A DNA stretch of 64,000 nucleotides, from contig NC_043001.1 of NCBI RefSeq assembly GCF_006345805.1, forward strand, positions 116,312,001-116,376,000, written 5' to 3'. Shown one piece after another: positions 13,623-26,263 of the stretch. The translations under genes were made by a program, and so were the position numbers. The number at the start of each line of letters is the position of its first letter. Positions within the stretch are counted from its first letter, which is position 1. This DNA is from Octopus sinensis. Its lineage: Eukaryota. Under the pieces are notes generated by a model, which saw only the letters and a program-made list of their open reading frames with translations, was not told the DNA's origin and made no database searches.

Positions 13623-13734
13623 CCCAACCCACCGGAACCAGAAATATTAATTTCCCCAACAACATTTTGCAATGAAATCTTTGCTTTTAGTAATGTGATA
13701 TCAATGACAGTGCATCCAAGTGCACACTCACATG

Positions 13735-13766
<32 letters not shown>

Positions 13767-14005
13767 TATATACACATATAGACACACACATTTATATACT
13801 CATCTAGAAACTCACACATCGCTTTACATATACACACTTTTTATGTGCATGCATGTATATATACATACACACATCTATATACACATTCTATACATGCACA
13901 CAGACACATGTAACACACACACACACACATTTATAGGCATGCACATATAAAAATGCTTATTTATCTCTATATAGATGCATGCACACATCCATACACATCT
14001 ATATA

Positions 14006-14212
14006 CAGTGTGAGGCAGAAAAATCTTCCAAATTTTACACAGCCATTGGTGAGGCATTATCGAAGTTTGGAAAGTGGTATTGGTGTTTTCATGGTATGAA
14101 GGCCTTACTATTTTTATTTTTTAGTTACCATCATGGTTTGGACTGGCGTAAAGTATGAAGTTAAAATGCTCATCAAGAATGGTGACTCTGAGATGATTTT
14201 TGCTGCACCCTG
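14006..14212. mobile_element. Tc1/mariner-type MITE
   Basis: TA|cagtgtgaggcagaaaaatc ... gatttttgctgcaccctg|TA. Confidence 0.7.
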
Positions 14213-14544
14213 TACACATATACATGCACATCTATATATAGATGCAAGCACACACAAACACACACACATACATAGATAGTTATATATACACATGCATGTA
14301 CAGACAGACATATATGCACATCCAGCAAAGCTTCTTGTGAAATCGAAGACAACTTCTGCATAATTGCCAACATAGCCACCACCTCCATCACCACCACCTT
14401 TCTGCCACCCATTTCCCCATAATATTTATCACTCAGCATCCTCTTTCATCTCTAACGACCAGATTTATGTGTAAAAGGAACCCTAAAATTCATCATCATT
14501 GCACCCCTTCCACCATCTTTGCACCTATTCTTATCATGCCGTTA

Positions 14545-15071
14545 TCGTCAACATCATCATCATCATCATCCTCATCTTGATCATCACTTTTCAGAGTTAA
14601 TCGAAAATTGAACCAGTAAACTTTTGTCATCATCATCATCACCATCATCATCTCTGCAACTACTACAAATATCTATCAACCACTATCACCACTACCACCA
14701 CCATCATCAGCAGCAGCAGCACCACAGCCAACACCACAACTACTACCACCTCCACAGCCAATACTTCTACCATAGCCAACACCATCACCACCACCTTCAC
14801 CGTCATCATCACCACAGTTCTCATCTTATCAAACTTCCTCTGCATCACTACCATTATTGCTATCATCATCGTCATCATTATCATCATCATCACTACCACC
14901 TCTACAATCATTTCTACCATCATCCCCGCCCCCACCATTATCACCCAACCAAGACTACTTCTACCCCCATCCCTCCCCTCCCCATTAATCTTAATCAATA
15001 AAAGCGTTTCACTTCTATCCAAAATATTGACAATTTATTGCGACAAATGCAATAAGAGGTGCACGACATAG

Positions 15072-15104
<33 letters not shown>

Positions 15105-15600
15105 CAAAGACAAGAAGGACAGCAGTGATGATGATGCTGACAGGAATCATGTTGAAGCTGCTGCTGCTGCTGCTGAAGATGGCGATGATAACAATGGTGA
15201 TGATGATATAATGCTTGGTACAAAGGAAACTGATTGAAAGTAACAGTCAGCTGCACATGATAGATCAAGAGAGGAGAGAGAGAGAGGAGACAGAGAGAGA
15301 GAGAGAGAGAGGAGACAGAGAGAGAGAGAGACAGAGGAGACAGAGAGAGAGAGAGAGGAGATAGAGAGAGAGAGGAGACAGAGAGAGAGAGGAGACAGAG
15401 AGAGAGAGAGGAGATAGAGAGAGAGAAGAGACAGAGAGAGAGAAGAGACAGAGAGAGAGAAGAGACAGAGAGAGAGAAGAGACAGAGAGAGAGAGGAGAC
15501 AGAGAGAGAGAGGAGACAGAGAGAGAGAGGAGACAGAGAGAGAGAGGAGACAGAGAGAGAGTGTGTGTGTGTGCATGTGTGTGCGTGTGCATGCGTCTGC
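14545..15600. repeat. Low-complexity (CAT/CAC)n, (GAT)n, (GCT)n and (GAGAGAGAGAGGAGACA)n-like array
   Basis: Read directly; source of the poly-H, poly-V and SL ORFs in the track. Confidence 0.95.
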
Positions 15601-17889
15601 GTGTGTGGATGAGCTGAGACATCACTGAGCCGGCAGAGCCAGCCGATAACGGAGCTGATAGCAGACAGAAAACAAAACAACAAAACAGAAAAAAAAGAGA
15701 AATCAGAAACGGTAATATATTCAGTCAAGCAATGAACATTCGACTTATATTTCCATCCCAGACTCTTTTTCTTTCACTGCTTCTGGAAGATGGAGGGCAT
15801 AAAAGGATTAGAAAGAAAGATGAGCTGATGGTGGCGCTGGGGAGAATTCTAAACAATGACAAATAATAACAGCAGCAGCAGCAAATGCAACAACAACAGC
15901 AATCACAACAACAATTGCCATGCTTTGTTGACAATGTGTCGGGTATCTGATAATTGTTTTGGGGCATGTCTGGGTTATTACATTTGTCATGTTATTAAAT
16001 ATTTTCCCTGGTTTCCCCTATCCAATAGTATCTTCCCCTTTCTTACCCTCCACTAAAAACAAAACCTTCCAACATCTCTCTCTCTCCTTTTTTTTTTGGG
16101 GGGGGGGGTCTTTTTATTTATCTATTTTTATTTCATTTAGCCTGCTAAAATAATGGGAACATAGAAGCAGTCAAGGATAACTGGTAAATCAATAAGATAT
16201 CATGGCGATTTGTTGGTCAAACAGTCAACAGTACGTCACAATACAAACATTGTGCTCTGTCCATGGAATACAACACTTTCTAGTGTAGACCACGAGGCCA
16301 TAAATAGATACAGCTTGCTGGTGGAAGCAAAAGAAGCTTTATTTAAGTGGCGTCAATTTTGTTGGCATATGGGGCTCAGTTCAAATCAGACAATGGTTCA
16401 GAGGTGGTGAGCTCTATCAGTTAAACTTATTTCCTAAAGGAACAGGTTCTGCTAGGTTGGCTTCTGTGTAAGGGATGGCTTATCCAGTAAGAACTTAGCT
16501 AGATATAATTACTACTGAAAAAGGAATGATTTGTTATTGATGCTTCTTGTATAAAGAAGGGGATATCAATGTCAACAGCATTTTTAAGGGCCTCCTCTAA
16601 CTGGAGGAATTGCAGTAATATGAACCTTACAATCTACATCTCTTAACACCGAAATATAATTTTTCTTTATAGCCACAACTTTTGTGCCACTTGCACAGGA
16701 TTCAATCAGCTACAAGTATTCTAATAGAAAGCAGAAAATATATTCATGCTATACATTCACTACAAGTTTAATGTGGTTAAAAATTTCAATGAATTTGATG
16801 CAAATTAGTATTTGGAGTAAGAATAACCCCTAAAGAAATTAGTTTTAGGGTGGAAAGACTGAACAGAACGCTAATGTAATTGAAAGCACATAGACACTTG
16901 TATCCTATATCAGAACATAGAACATAGGAAAATAAACACAATCTGATTTAATACTCCCTCCACTAACGTAATTATCATCATGACTATAGTGAGGAATCCT
17001 GTATTTCTTGTAAGCGTTACTTTCTACCAACACACAAATACTATAAGGTCTTTAGTGTGCATTAGTATTAAGGTTAGTAATTCCTGCCAAGACAATATCA
17101 CTTCCAGCACCACACACCACAATCAAAAACATACAGGAGTGCTGTATTCAGCATCAATCACATAACCCAGTGGTAGCCAGAGAAACCACATGGAACTTAT
17201 GCTAAGGACTTCCAAGTGATGTTAAATCAGCCTCTATATACCTTCAAGTCTGAGAACGAGGAGAATTCCACTTCTCTGCCTCACTTAATCAGGTAACACA
17301 GGGATCAAAGGCACACACACCCTTATTATAACTCTGAATATTAATAGCTATGTCATTTCAAAATATTATGTAACTGTAGCCCTTGCTTATCTGAAAAGTT
17401 CCAGATACTGAAACAGCCAAACTTTCTCTAGATAGAATTTCCAAGGTATTATTTATTATTACAGCAGATTTTTCCCCTGGAAAATGTCAAGCCAGTTGAA
17501 CATCCCATGCCAGGTGATACTAATTCAAAATTTCAAACTGTATAAACCACACCAGGTAACCTACTTTGTTGATGAACAGAGACCTCAGTGGATCACCTCC
17601 CTTCTAACTTAGTTATTTGTTTTTGGACAAGTATGGACAAACTTTTTGGGGAAGCAAGCCATGAGACAGTTCATGATCAAGCAAGTTGCATTACTAAAAA
17701 ATGTCAAGGAAATTCTTAGTTGGTATACCATTCTGAAAATCCCAGTTTGCCCATGACCTCTGTAGGCCCTATAACAATTTTTACCAATAAGAACTGACCT
17801 TAACAGTAACTAATAAGGAATACTTTGGTCATGAATGACCATGGGATTGAACCCAGAAAGTTACTCTCCAAAACATAAGTCCAGGCAAG

Positions 17890-18150
17890 TTTATTTATGA
17901 AAGACCAGTAGTTGCCCAAGCATACCAGCCTCCTCTCTCCACACCACTGATTTTATCCAAGAGAAAGGCAAAGGCCAATACAGATTGGCACCAGTGGTGT
18001 CACAACTCATTTCTACAGCTGAGTGAACTGGAACAATGTGAAATGAAATATCTTGATCAAGAACACAACACACAGCCCAGTCTAGGAATTGAACTCCCTA
18101 CCTCATGATTGTGAGCCCAACGCTCTAACTACTGAATCATGTACCTTCAC
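17890..18150 (-). mobile_element. SINE family D, degenerate
   Basis: Reverse complement has a tRNA-like head plus ttcatttcacattgttccagttcactcagctg, shared with 27827. Confidence 0.75.
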
Positions 18151-18168
18151 TAAAACATCTGAAAAATT

Positions 18169-18552
18169 GTGGAAGCACTCCGTCAGTTATGATGACGAGG
18201 GTTCCGGTTGATCCGAATCAATGGAACAGCCTGCTCGTGAAATTAACGTGTAAGTGGCTGAGCACTCCACAGACACGTGTACCCTTAATGTAGTTCTCGG
18301 GAATATTCAGCGTGACACAGAGAGTGACAAGGCCGGCCCTTTGAAATAGAGGTACAACAGAAACAGGAAGTAAGAGTGAGAGAGAGTTGTGGTGAAAGAG
18401 TACAGCAGGGATCACCACCATCCCCTGCTGGAGCCTCGTGGAGCTTTAGGTGTTTTCGCTCAATAAACACTCACAACGCCCGGTCTGGGAATCAAAACCG
18501 CGATCCTATGACCGCGAGTCCGCTGCCCTAACCACTGGGCCATTGCGCCTCC
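18169..18552 (-). mobile_element. SINE family E (tRNA-Arg-like head) with 14-bp TSD
   Basis: Head ggaggcgcaatggcccagtggttagggcagcggactcgcgg...ggttttgattccc; TSD acatctgaaaaatt at 18155-18168 and 18553-18566. Confidence 0.92.
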
Positions 18553-18954
18553 ACATCTGAAAAATTACACATATAATAGATGAGTGTGTGTTAAACTGAG
18601 TAACGAATGAGTGAATCACCAGCTATTCTTGGCGACTGAAATATGATTAATAATTTTCACTCTACTAATAGTATAGATTCCTTCCATCAGTAAATGTTTG
18701 CTTGATACCTACATTTTTTTTTATTGATTAACTACTAAATATTACATACTTACACACAGACACACACTTACATACACAAGAGGGGGAGTGTTTGAGTGTG
18801 TGTGTGTTCACATTAGTTCTTTTGCGTACATGTATGTGCACATATGGTTTCATGTCCATAAGAAAAACACAAACACACTCACGTTCATTTGCATATTTAT
18901 AAGTAAGCATATTTACACATCTATGTAGTTGTTTATGTATTATCATCATTATTA

Positions 18955-20386
18955 CTCTTGAGCCACTGCTACACAAACTGGAGGCACTGAGACGCATCTC
19001 GAATGACCTAGGATATGTCAGCATATGCTGACAACATCACCGTAGTGGTGTCAGATCATAAGCACATAGAAATGATCAGGACCACTCTCAGGGACTACGA
19101 AGCAATTTCAGGAGCAACAATTAACTAGAGAAAATCAGTGGGCTTACGGCTCAGCATCTGGAGAAGCAAATCCATGCCGTCGAACTGTGTCGTTGGATGC
19201 TGGACGGACGGACTGATTGAATTGCTTGGGATTTGATTCAGTCCAGACTTCCTGATGGACAAAACCTGGGATGAGGTAATGATCAAGGTGACTACTCTCA
19301 CCTAGAAATGGGCCAAGAGAAAGCAATCCCTGAAAGCTCAGGCAGAGGTGGCTAATACTTATATCGTGTCCATCATCTACTATCGCTTGACCATCATGCC
19401 TTGTCTTGGCCACTGTCTGATTATGCTGGAGCATATACTCCTCCGCTTCTTGTGGAAGGAACATGTCCCAATAGTCAGGCGGTGTATCTGCTATCAACAC
19501 CCACTGAGTGGTGGCCTGGGCATGCTGTGGTTGATGATGCACAGTCAGGCACTGAAGCTATGATATCTCCAGTGCTTCCTTGATGGTGAAAAGGTGTGGT
19601 TGCCATTCACCAGACACATATTTCCACAACTAGTTTCTTTAATGGAGCTACAGTCCTGGATAAAACAGAGACAGAGGGGGAGCATTTGGAAAGTGGAATG
19701 TCTTCAAGTGCTCACAGCCCTCAGCTAATCGGACACTGTGATAAATGGAATGCTTTTTATAGAGGATTAGTGGAGGAAAAAGTGCAATGATGTTCTAGGG
19801 GAGACCTTAGACTTCAAAGAAGATCAACTAGCAGCTCTTTCCCAGAGAACTTTTGACCTGGGACCGATGGATAATTTCCAAAAACCTCTGGTTTGGCAGA
19901 GAAGGAAAAGCTGTGTTTATATGCCTGGTGGCAATGGTGAAAGAGGTTGTATGGTGGATGAGATAGAAGGGGCTGAAGACAAACACTTTTCTCTTTGGAC
20001 AAACCCTAATCAACTTCTTCAGTTTCACTTGTAAAAGAAAACAAGGGTAGAGAGGGATGTGTTGTCACCTAGCCAATTTGCTGAAAGGTGGATGAAAGTG
20101 GTGAGAGTGGTGTGGGTGAATAGGCCTGAGCATATGCCTGTGGTTGACCAAAAAAAAAAATAGAAAGGAAAAAGGCACCTGCCTTAAAAAATCAGGGTTT
20201 TTCCATGAGCAGCCCTTGAATGTCTCCTCTCTATTGAGGATTACACATTGATTTTTAAAAACATTTTGTTGGTCTTGTTTACATTCAAAACCCTCACAAC
20301 ACACACACACATACACACACATTCTTTATTTTGTCCTGTACTGTCCATAATGTTTTTCTTAATGTAAACCCTTGTGGCTAATAAAG
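18955..20386 (+). mobile_element. 5'-truncated decayed L1/Tx1-type LINE (RT C-half to 3' end)
   Basis: LEPLLHKLE...SAYADNITV (YADD-like motif at 19024-19035), GATIN*RKS, ELLGI*F, AEVANTYIVSIIYYRLT, RFLWK...HPLSGGLGM; ends cccttgtggctaataaag; several stops and frameshifts. Confidence 0.9.
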
Positions 20387-20906
20387 TCGTCGTCGTCATC
20401 GCCGCCGCCATCACCGTCGTCGTCGTGTGTGTGTGTGTATGAGTCAGTGTTTGTATATGTATGCGAGTGAGAGAGAAAAAGTGTGTGTGCGTATATGTTA
20501 GTGGGTCAGTGAGTATGTATATGTGTATGTTTGTCTATGAGTGCGTGGGGGAAGAGATAGTAAAGAGAAAGAGAGATGTGGGCATGTTTACACACACACA
20601 CACACACACACATATGCCAGTTATTGTTAGCAGTATTGTTAAGACAATCACTGGGGCTCCAGTTATAAACATCTTGTCTTTTCAAGAATATCTTGGAATA
20701 CTTCTTCCATGCCCTTCCTTCTTTCAAGACAGTAGGGTATACTTTGAAGGAAATATGGCTGTTACTTTTCATAGGTAAGCTATCATATAGAGGCTACTTT
20801 AAAGGCAGTATTTATGTATGTGTATGTGTGTGCATATAGTTTACAAACAGGCATGCATACATGTGTGTGTATGTAGTACACATACATACCTATTTCTGAG
20901 TGTGTG

Positions 20907-20956
<50 letters not shown>

Positions 20957-20959
20957 GGT

Positions 20960-21367
20960 GCAGGAGTGGCTGTGTGGTAAGTAGCTTGTTTACCAACCAC
21001 ATGGTTCTGGGTTCAGTCCCACTGCGTGGCACCTTGAGCAAGTGTCTTCTACTATAGCCTCGGGCCGACCAAAGCCTTGTGAGTGAATTTGGTAGACGGA
21101 AGCTGAAGAAGCCCGTCGTATATATGTGTATATATATATATATGTGTGTGTGTGTTTGTGTGTCTGTGTTTGTCCCCCTAGCATTGCTTGACAACCGATG
21201 CTGGTGTGTTTACGTTCCCGTCACTTAGCGGTTCGGCAAAAAGAGACCGATAAAATAAGTACTGGGCTTACAAAAAGAATAAGTCCCGGGGTCGAGTTGC
21301 TCGACTAAAGGCGGTGCTCCAGCATGGCCGCAGTCAAATGACTGAAACAAGTAAAAGAGTAAAAGAG
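20960..21367 (+). mobile_element. SINE family A, full length, little diverged
   Basis: Complete head, body and tail with CpGs retained. Confidence 0.95.
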
Positions 21368-21374
21368 TATATAT

Positions 21375-21718
21375 TCGAGTGTGATTGTTACCAGCTTCGC
21401 CTTACTGGCACTTGTCCCAGTGACATCTGAAAAAACATTCAAGCGAGGTCGTTGCTCGTGCCGCTGGACTGGCTCCTGTGTAGGTGGCACATAAAAAACA
21501 CCGTTGCCAGTACTGCCTGACTGGCCCTCATGCCGGTGGCACATAAAAGCACCCACTACACTCTCGGAGTGGTTGGCATTAGGAAGGGCATCCAGCTGTA
21601 GAAACTCTGCCAGATCAAGATTGGAGCCTGGTGCAGTCATCTGGTTCTCCAGTCCTCAGTCAAAAATTGTCCAGCCCAAGCTAGCATGGAAAGCAGACGT
21701 TAAACGGTGATGATGATG

Positions 21719-21720
<2 letters not shown>
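21375..21720 (+). mobile_element. Family C (RTE-tailed repeat)
   Basis: gagtggttggcattaggaagggcatccagctgtagaaac...gctagcatggaaagcagacgttaaacggtgatgatgat. Confidence 0.88.
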
Positions 21721-21777
<57 letters not shown>

Positions 21778-22232
21778 CAGTATATGGTAGTATTTATGAT
21801 GCATGGCTACACACTTACATACTTGTGCTTATCATGTGTGAATATACACCTATATAGTTCAGTGTATATGATGTGTTTATATATACATGCATCAATGCTT
21901 ATGAGGTGTGTACATATATATACCTCTATATGTCTCAGCGAATATAATGTTTGTGTGTATACATATATGTTAGTGTTTATGGTGTATGTTAATATAAATG
22001 TAGGTAAATGTGATTATCTAATAATAACATTTTACTTAGTAAGGATGGGTAAGAGGTGAAGATATTCAACAAAGCAGGTCATATCTACTTTTAGAGGACT
22101 CAAGCCCTTATTTGCACTATCTGAGGAACAGTATTCCAACCTTGATTACCATCTGTTTGAAAACCCAACCCATTATAACAGAGAAAAAAAGAGGTAAAGT
22201 GTTTGCATTCAAAACATAGTCATCATTATTAT

Positions 22233-22271
<39 letters not shown>

Positions 22272-22897
22272 CACTACTACTATAATGAGGGCACAAGGCT
22301 AGTGGTTATGGTGTTGCATTCATGATCATGATATCATGGTTTCAATTCTTAGACTGGGTGTTCTTGAATAAAGCACTTCATTTCACTTTGCTCTGCAATG
22401 ACTTGATACCTGACATGTTCAATCACTCGACACCTGACATCTTCAATCACCTGATACCATCACCTGTTCAGACAATGTCAATTTGATGGAGAGAGTGAAC
22501 TAATGTATGGCACGAACATTTGATCACTATAAACAAATCATTTGTGCTGGTCATTCAGCAAAAGCTGAACACGCATACGCCATCTTCAATGGGAGAGTCC
22601 GTGACTACTACTACTACTACTACTATCATTAAAATGGTAAGTTGGTAGAATCACAAGCACACTAGACAAAATGCTCAGCAGGGTTTCTTCCAGTGTATGT
22701 TCTGAGGTCAAATTCCATCGAGGTCAACTTTATATTTCATTCTTTCAGTACCATTTGAGGAAAGGGGTCTATTAAGTTAGTACCAGTCAAGTACTGGGGT
22801 CAGTGTAATTGATTAGTCCGCTTCCCCAAAATTTCAGGCCCTTATGCCTATAGAAGAAAAGATTAAATCAGAACAATTATATTTGTCCCTCAACTGT

Positions 22898-23125
22898 TTA
22901 ACCTTTAGCATTTAAACCGGCCATATCCGGCCAAAAGTATTCTGCCTGTTTTATGTTAAAACTGGGCAGATCTGGTCTCTCGCACCAACCCTACAATATC
23001 GTTTTAAAAATTAACAGCTACCTCATCAAAATCTCATCACTACAAGATAATGCATGATTAGTTCAAAACAATCTGGATGAAAAAGCATTAATTTTGGCAG
23101 AATAATGCGAACACTAAAGGGTTAA
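22898..23125. mobile_element. TTAA-flanked MITE (second family)
   Basis: ttaacctttagca...cactaaagggttaa; homologous to 34615 and to the split copy at 28307. Confidence 0.8.
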
Positions 23126-23619
23126 TATCAAATTATAAAAATAAATATTGGTGGTCATTCATGAGACAAACCAACCTTTGTATTGTATCAAGAACTCTTT
23201 TAAACAAAGAATTTACAGCCAAACTGCCTTCAAGTTTTGCCAATGTCTTAAAATTTGTGTAGACCACAACCTTGGGTATCAAAGCTGAGCATTTGAACTG
23301 AAGTTTCTTAGCTTAGTGAAGGACATAAAGCTGTAGATTTGCCTTCCTTGACAACTTATATAAATGCACAAGGTTATCAAAACTATAATCAATGTCTTGA
23401 AAGTATAATAACCTGAAAGAATAGTAACCAGAGTAAGAATAGGGAAGAAAAGTTCAAGGAGTTAGTTATTACTTCTACTAGAACTAAAAAGACCCTCTCT
23501 CTCCCTCCCTCCTTCTTTGAGCATAGAATAAATTACATGAGGTTTGTGTATGAAGTGTGAAGTTGCATAACAGCAATAATGAACATTGAGTACAGAGAAT
23601 ATGTGAAGGTTGGAAAGAA

Positions 23620-24010
23620 ATGAGCAAGCATGCTCCAGGATGTCAGGGTGTGTAATGTTAAAATGCGTAAACAAGGGATTAAAAAAAAATACAAGATAAT
23701 AACTGGGTATAAAGAGGAATCAAATGTAAACCATAGGGGAAAAGACTGCACTGTTATGGACATTTGATGAGTACGGACATTGACAATCAAGTGAAGAAAT
23801 GCCAAGTGAACCAAATGAAAGGAATCTGTGGTGAAGAAAACCAAGGAAGACATGGGCAGAAGTGTAAAAGCTGATTTCATGAGGCTAATCTTTTGTTGAG
23901 GAGATAACAAAATTCTGCAACAAGTAGTAAGGTACTTTGCTGGTGAAAACCTGCCTGATCCGTCTAAACATGGAAAAATGCAAACAGAAAATGGCAGTGA
24001 TCATCAGTAT
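23620..24010 (+). mobile_element. Decayed RTE-clade LINE 3' end
   Basis: RLHCYGHLMSTDIDNQVKKC...GICG then KPRKTWAEV across a frameshift (RLRWxGH...GRPRKTW pattern); the tail resembles family C. Confidence 0.6.
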
Positions 24011-24094
24011 TAAAAATTTATATGATGAGGAGAAGACAATATTAGCTTAATTACTAAACTATATTACACATTATAGCATGACTAGTATAGTGTA

Positions 24095-24515
24095 CTCTTT
24101 TACTCTTTTTTTTACTCTTTTACTTGTTTCAGTCGTTTGACTGTGGCCATGCTGGAGCACCACCTTTAGTCGAGCAAATCGACCCCAGGATTTATTTTTT
24201 GTAAGTCTAGTACTTATTCTATCAGTCTCTTTTGCCGAACCGCTAAGTTACGGAGCACATAAACACACCAGCATCGATTGTCAAGTGATGTTGGGGGGAC
24301 AAACACAGACACACAAACATACACACACACATAATTATATATATATATATACATATATACTATGGGCTTTTATCTGTTTCCGTCTACCAAATCCACTCAC
24401 AAGGCTTTGGTTGGCCCAAGTAGAAGACACTTTCCCAAGGTACTACACAGTGGAACTGAACCCAGAACCATGTGGTTGGTAAGCAAGCTACTTACCACAC
24501 AGCCACTCCTATGCC
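24095..24515 (-). mobile_element. SINE family A, full length
   Basis: Collinear with the family; shares a 66-bp 3' flank with the 28606 copy. Confidence 0.92.
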
Positions 24516-25557
24516 TATAAACTTTTTAGTTATTGGGAGCCTATATTCAGTAGACTTAGGATCAAGGGTGTTCTAGCTACAGCCATTTCATTTTTTTCTA
24601 TATCAGAGACTACACTGTGTCATTTGTGTCTTCCCTATTTTTAAAATGGTAGGGTGAGATTTGGAGAAGATTTAACTACTATTTCTTGTAGGTTGAGCAA
24701 CTGTATAGAGGATTCCCATTGCACTATTTATTTTTAACCACAGAGCCGTGCCTGGAACCTTTCCTCCAAATCTATGATTTCCCCACATGTGCCCCCACAC
24801 AACACCACACATTTTGATTCCTCCTCACCAGACAAGACAATGGCCTCTCTGCTATATTTAGTTCTTTCAAAGCAGTTGCAACTTTTATGAAGCATTTATT
24901 ATTTCATTACCTTCAGGCTGAACTCGTGATAGCAACAACAATGGCAACAATAATTTGCAATCACTTGGACTATATCCACGTTCAATGAATAACCATTCCT
25001 TGTTGATAGATTCCTTAGTTTCCCTGTTCTTCTTTCATTGCTATAACTTGATCTTGTCACCTCACAATATTGATCACCTCTCCCCTTAAGACCTTTGCAG
25101 GCAATTGCCTTAAATTTTCTGTTTTGTTCTGAATTCCCTCAAGATTTTTCCAATCTCACAGAGAACTACTTGAAGAAATAAATAAACAAGGAAAACCAAC
25201 AAAGAAAAAAGAAAAAGTGCAACTAAAATGGAAGAAATTTTCAATAAGGAAAGAAATGGCAAAAATATGATATGAAAAGTAAGTAAAAGGATAAAATGAA
25301 GGGGAAAAAAAACAGAAAAAATAGTAACTAAAAAAGAAATTGCTTTAAGTGAAAGAAAGAAGAGGAATTATGGGAAAATAGAGATAAACATCTCATTCAT
25401 TCATTTTACATGGTTCATTCAATAGAAAATGGAAAATACTTGTATTTTTGAGAATTTTTTCCTTGAATTGCACCAAAATATCAAGAATTCTTCAAAACAT
25501 GAGTAATGCAGTAAAAAAAAGGAATTAAGAAATTCTTAAACATATGGTTCCTTACTT

Positions 25558-25600
<43 letters not shown>

Positions 25601-25601
<1 letters not shown>

Positions 25602-25807
25602 CCTCGTCTGGCACCTGTGTCGGTGGCACATAAAATCACCCACTACACTCTCGGAGTGGTTGGCGTTAGGAAGGGCATCCAGCTGTAGAAACACTGCCAG
25701 ATCTGACTGGCCTGGTGCAGCCTTTGAGCTTGCCAGACCCCAGTTGAACCGTCCAACCCATGCTAGCATGGAAAGCGGACGTTAAACGATGATGATGATG
25801 ATGATGA

Positions 25808-25810
<3 letters not shown>
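25601..25810 (+). mobile_element. Family C, 3' part
   Basis: ...ccgtccaacccatgctagcatggaaagcggacgttaaacgatgatgatg. Confidence 0.9.
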
Positions 25811-25843
<33 letters not shown>

Positions 25844-26015
25844 AATATTAGGGAATAAATCCAAATTTACAGGGAAAAAATCAGATTTAGGATTAAATCC
25901 AATTTTATAGTAAAATATTATAAAATATTATTAGAGACAAAACCACTATTTTGCAAAACAAACAAGGAAAGACTTAATCAATACATAAAATTTTAATAAA
26001 TAGTCAAAAAAACCG

Positions 26016-26058
26016 CCACTACAATTGTTTCTTGTCTTGATCGACAATCTTCAGGTGG
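26016..26058 (-). ncRNA. Minimal type I hammerhead ribozyme (minus-strand copy)
   Basis: Exact reverse complement of 26091-26133. Confidence 0.8.
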
Positions 26059-26090
26059 ACTTCCAATAAGTCAGTTTCAAATTAGGAAGT

Positions 26091-26133
26091 CCACCTGAAG
26101 ATTGTCGATCAAGACAAGAAACAATTGTAGTGG
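26091..26133 (+). ncRNA. Minimal type I hammerhead ribozyme
   Basis: CCAC-CUGAAGA-UUGUC-gaucaa-GACAA-GAAAC-aauu-GUA-GUGG: stem I ccac/gtgg, stem II 5 bp, palindromic acaattgt stem III, GUA cleavage triplet. Confidence 0.8.
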
Positions 26134-26220
26134 CGGTTTTTTTGACTATTTATTAAAATTTTATGTATTGATTAAGTCTTTCCTTGTTTGTTTTGCAAAA
26201 TAGTGGTTTTGTCTCTAATA

Positions 26221-26263
<43 letters not shown>

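Larger units (their letters stand above)
25841..26230. mobile_element. Probable Penelope-like pseudo-LTR fragment in inverted (palindromic) arrangement, inserted in (TA)n
   Basis: Perfect arms 25919-26064 / 26085-26230 with a 20-nt spacer; hammerhead core in each arm; (TA)n on both sides. Confidence 0.75.

Noticed and set aside
15035-15728. Long ORFs of 193-196 aa
   Set aside because: Almost entirely translation of GA/CT and CAT/GCT repeats, which lack stop codons by composition
18480-18552. tRNA-Arg(TCG)-like sequence
   Set aside because: No complete acceptor stem, mutated B box, and it continues into a SINE body flanked by a TSD; other tRNA-like heads are rejected on the same grounds
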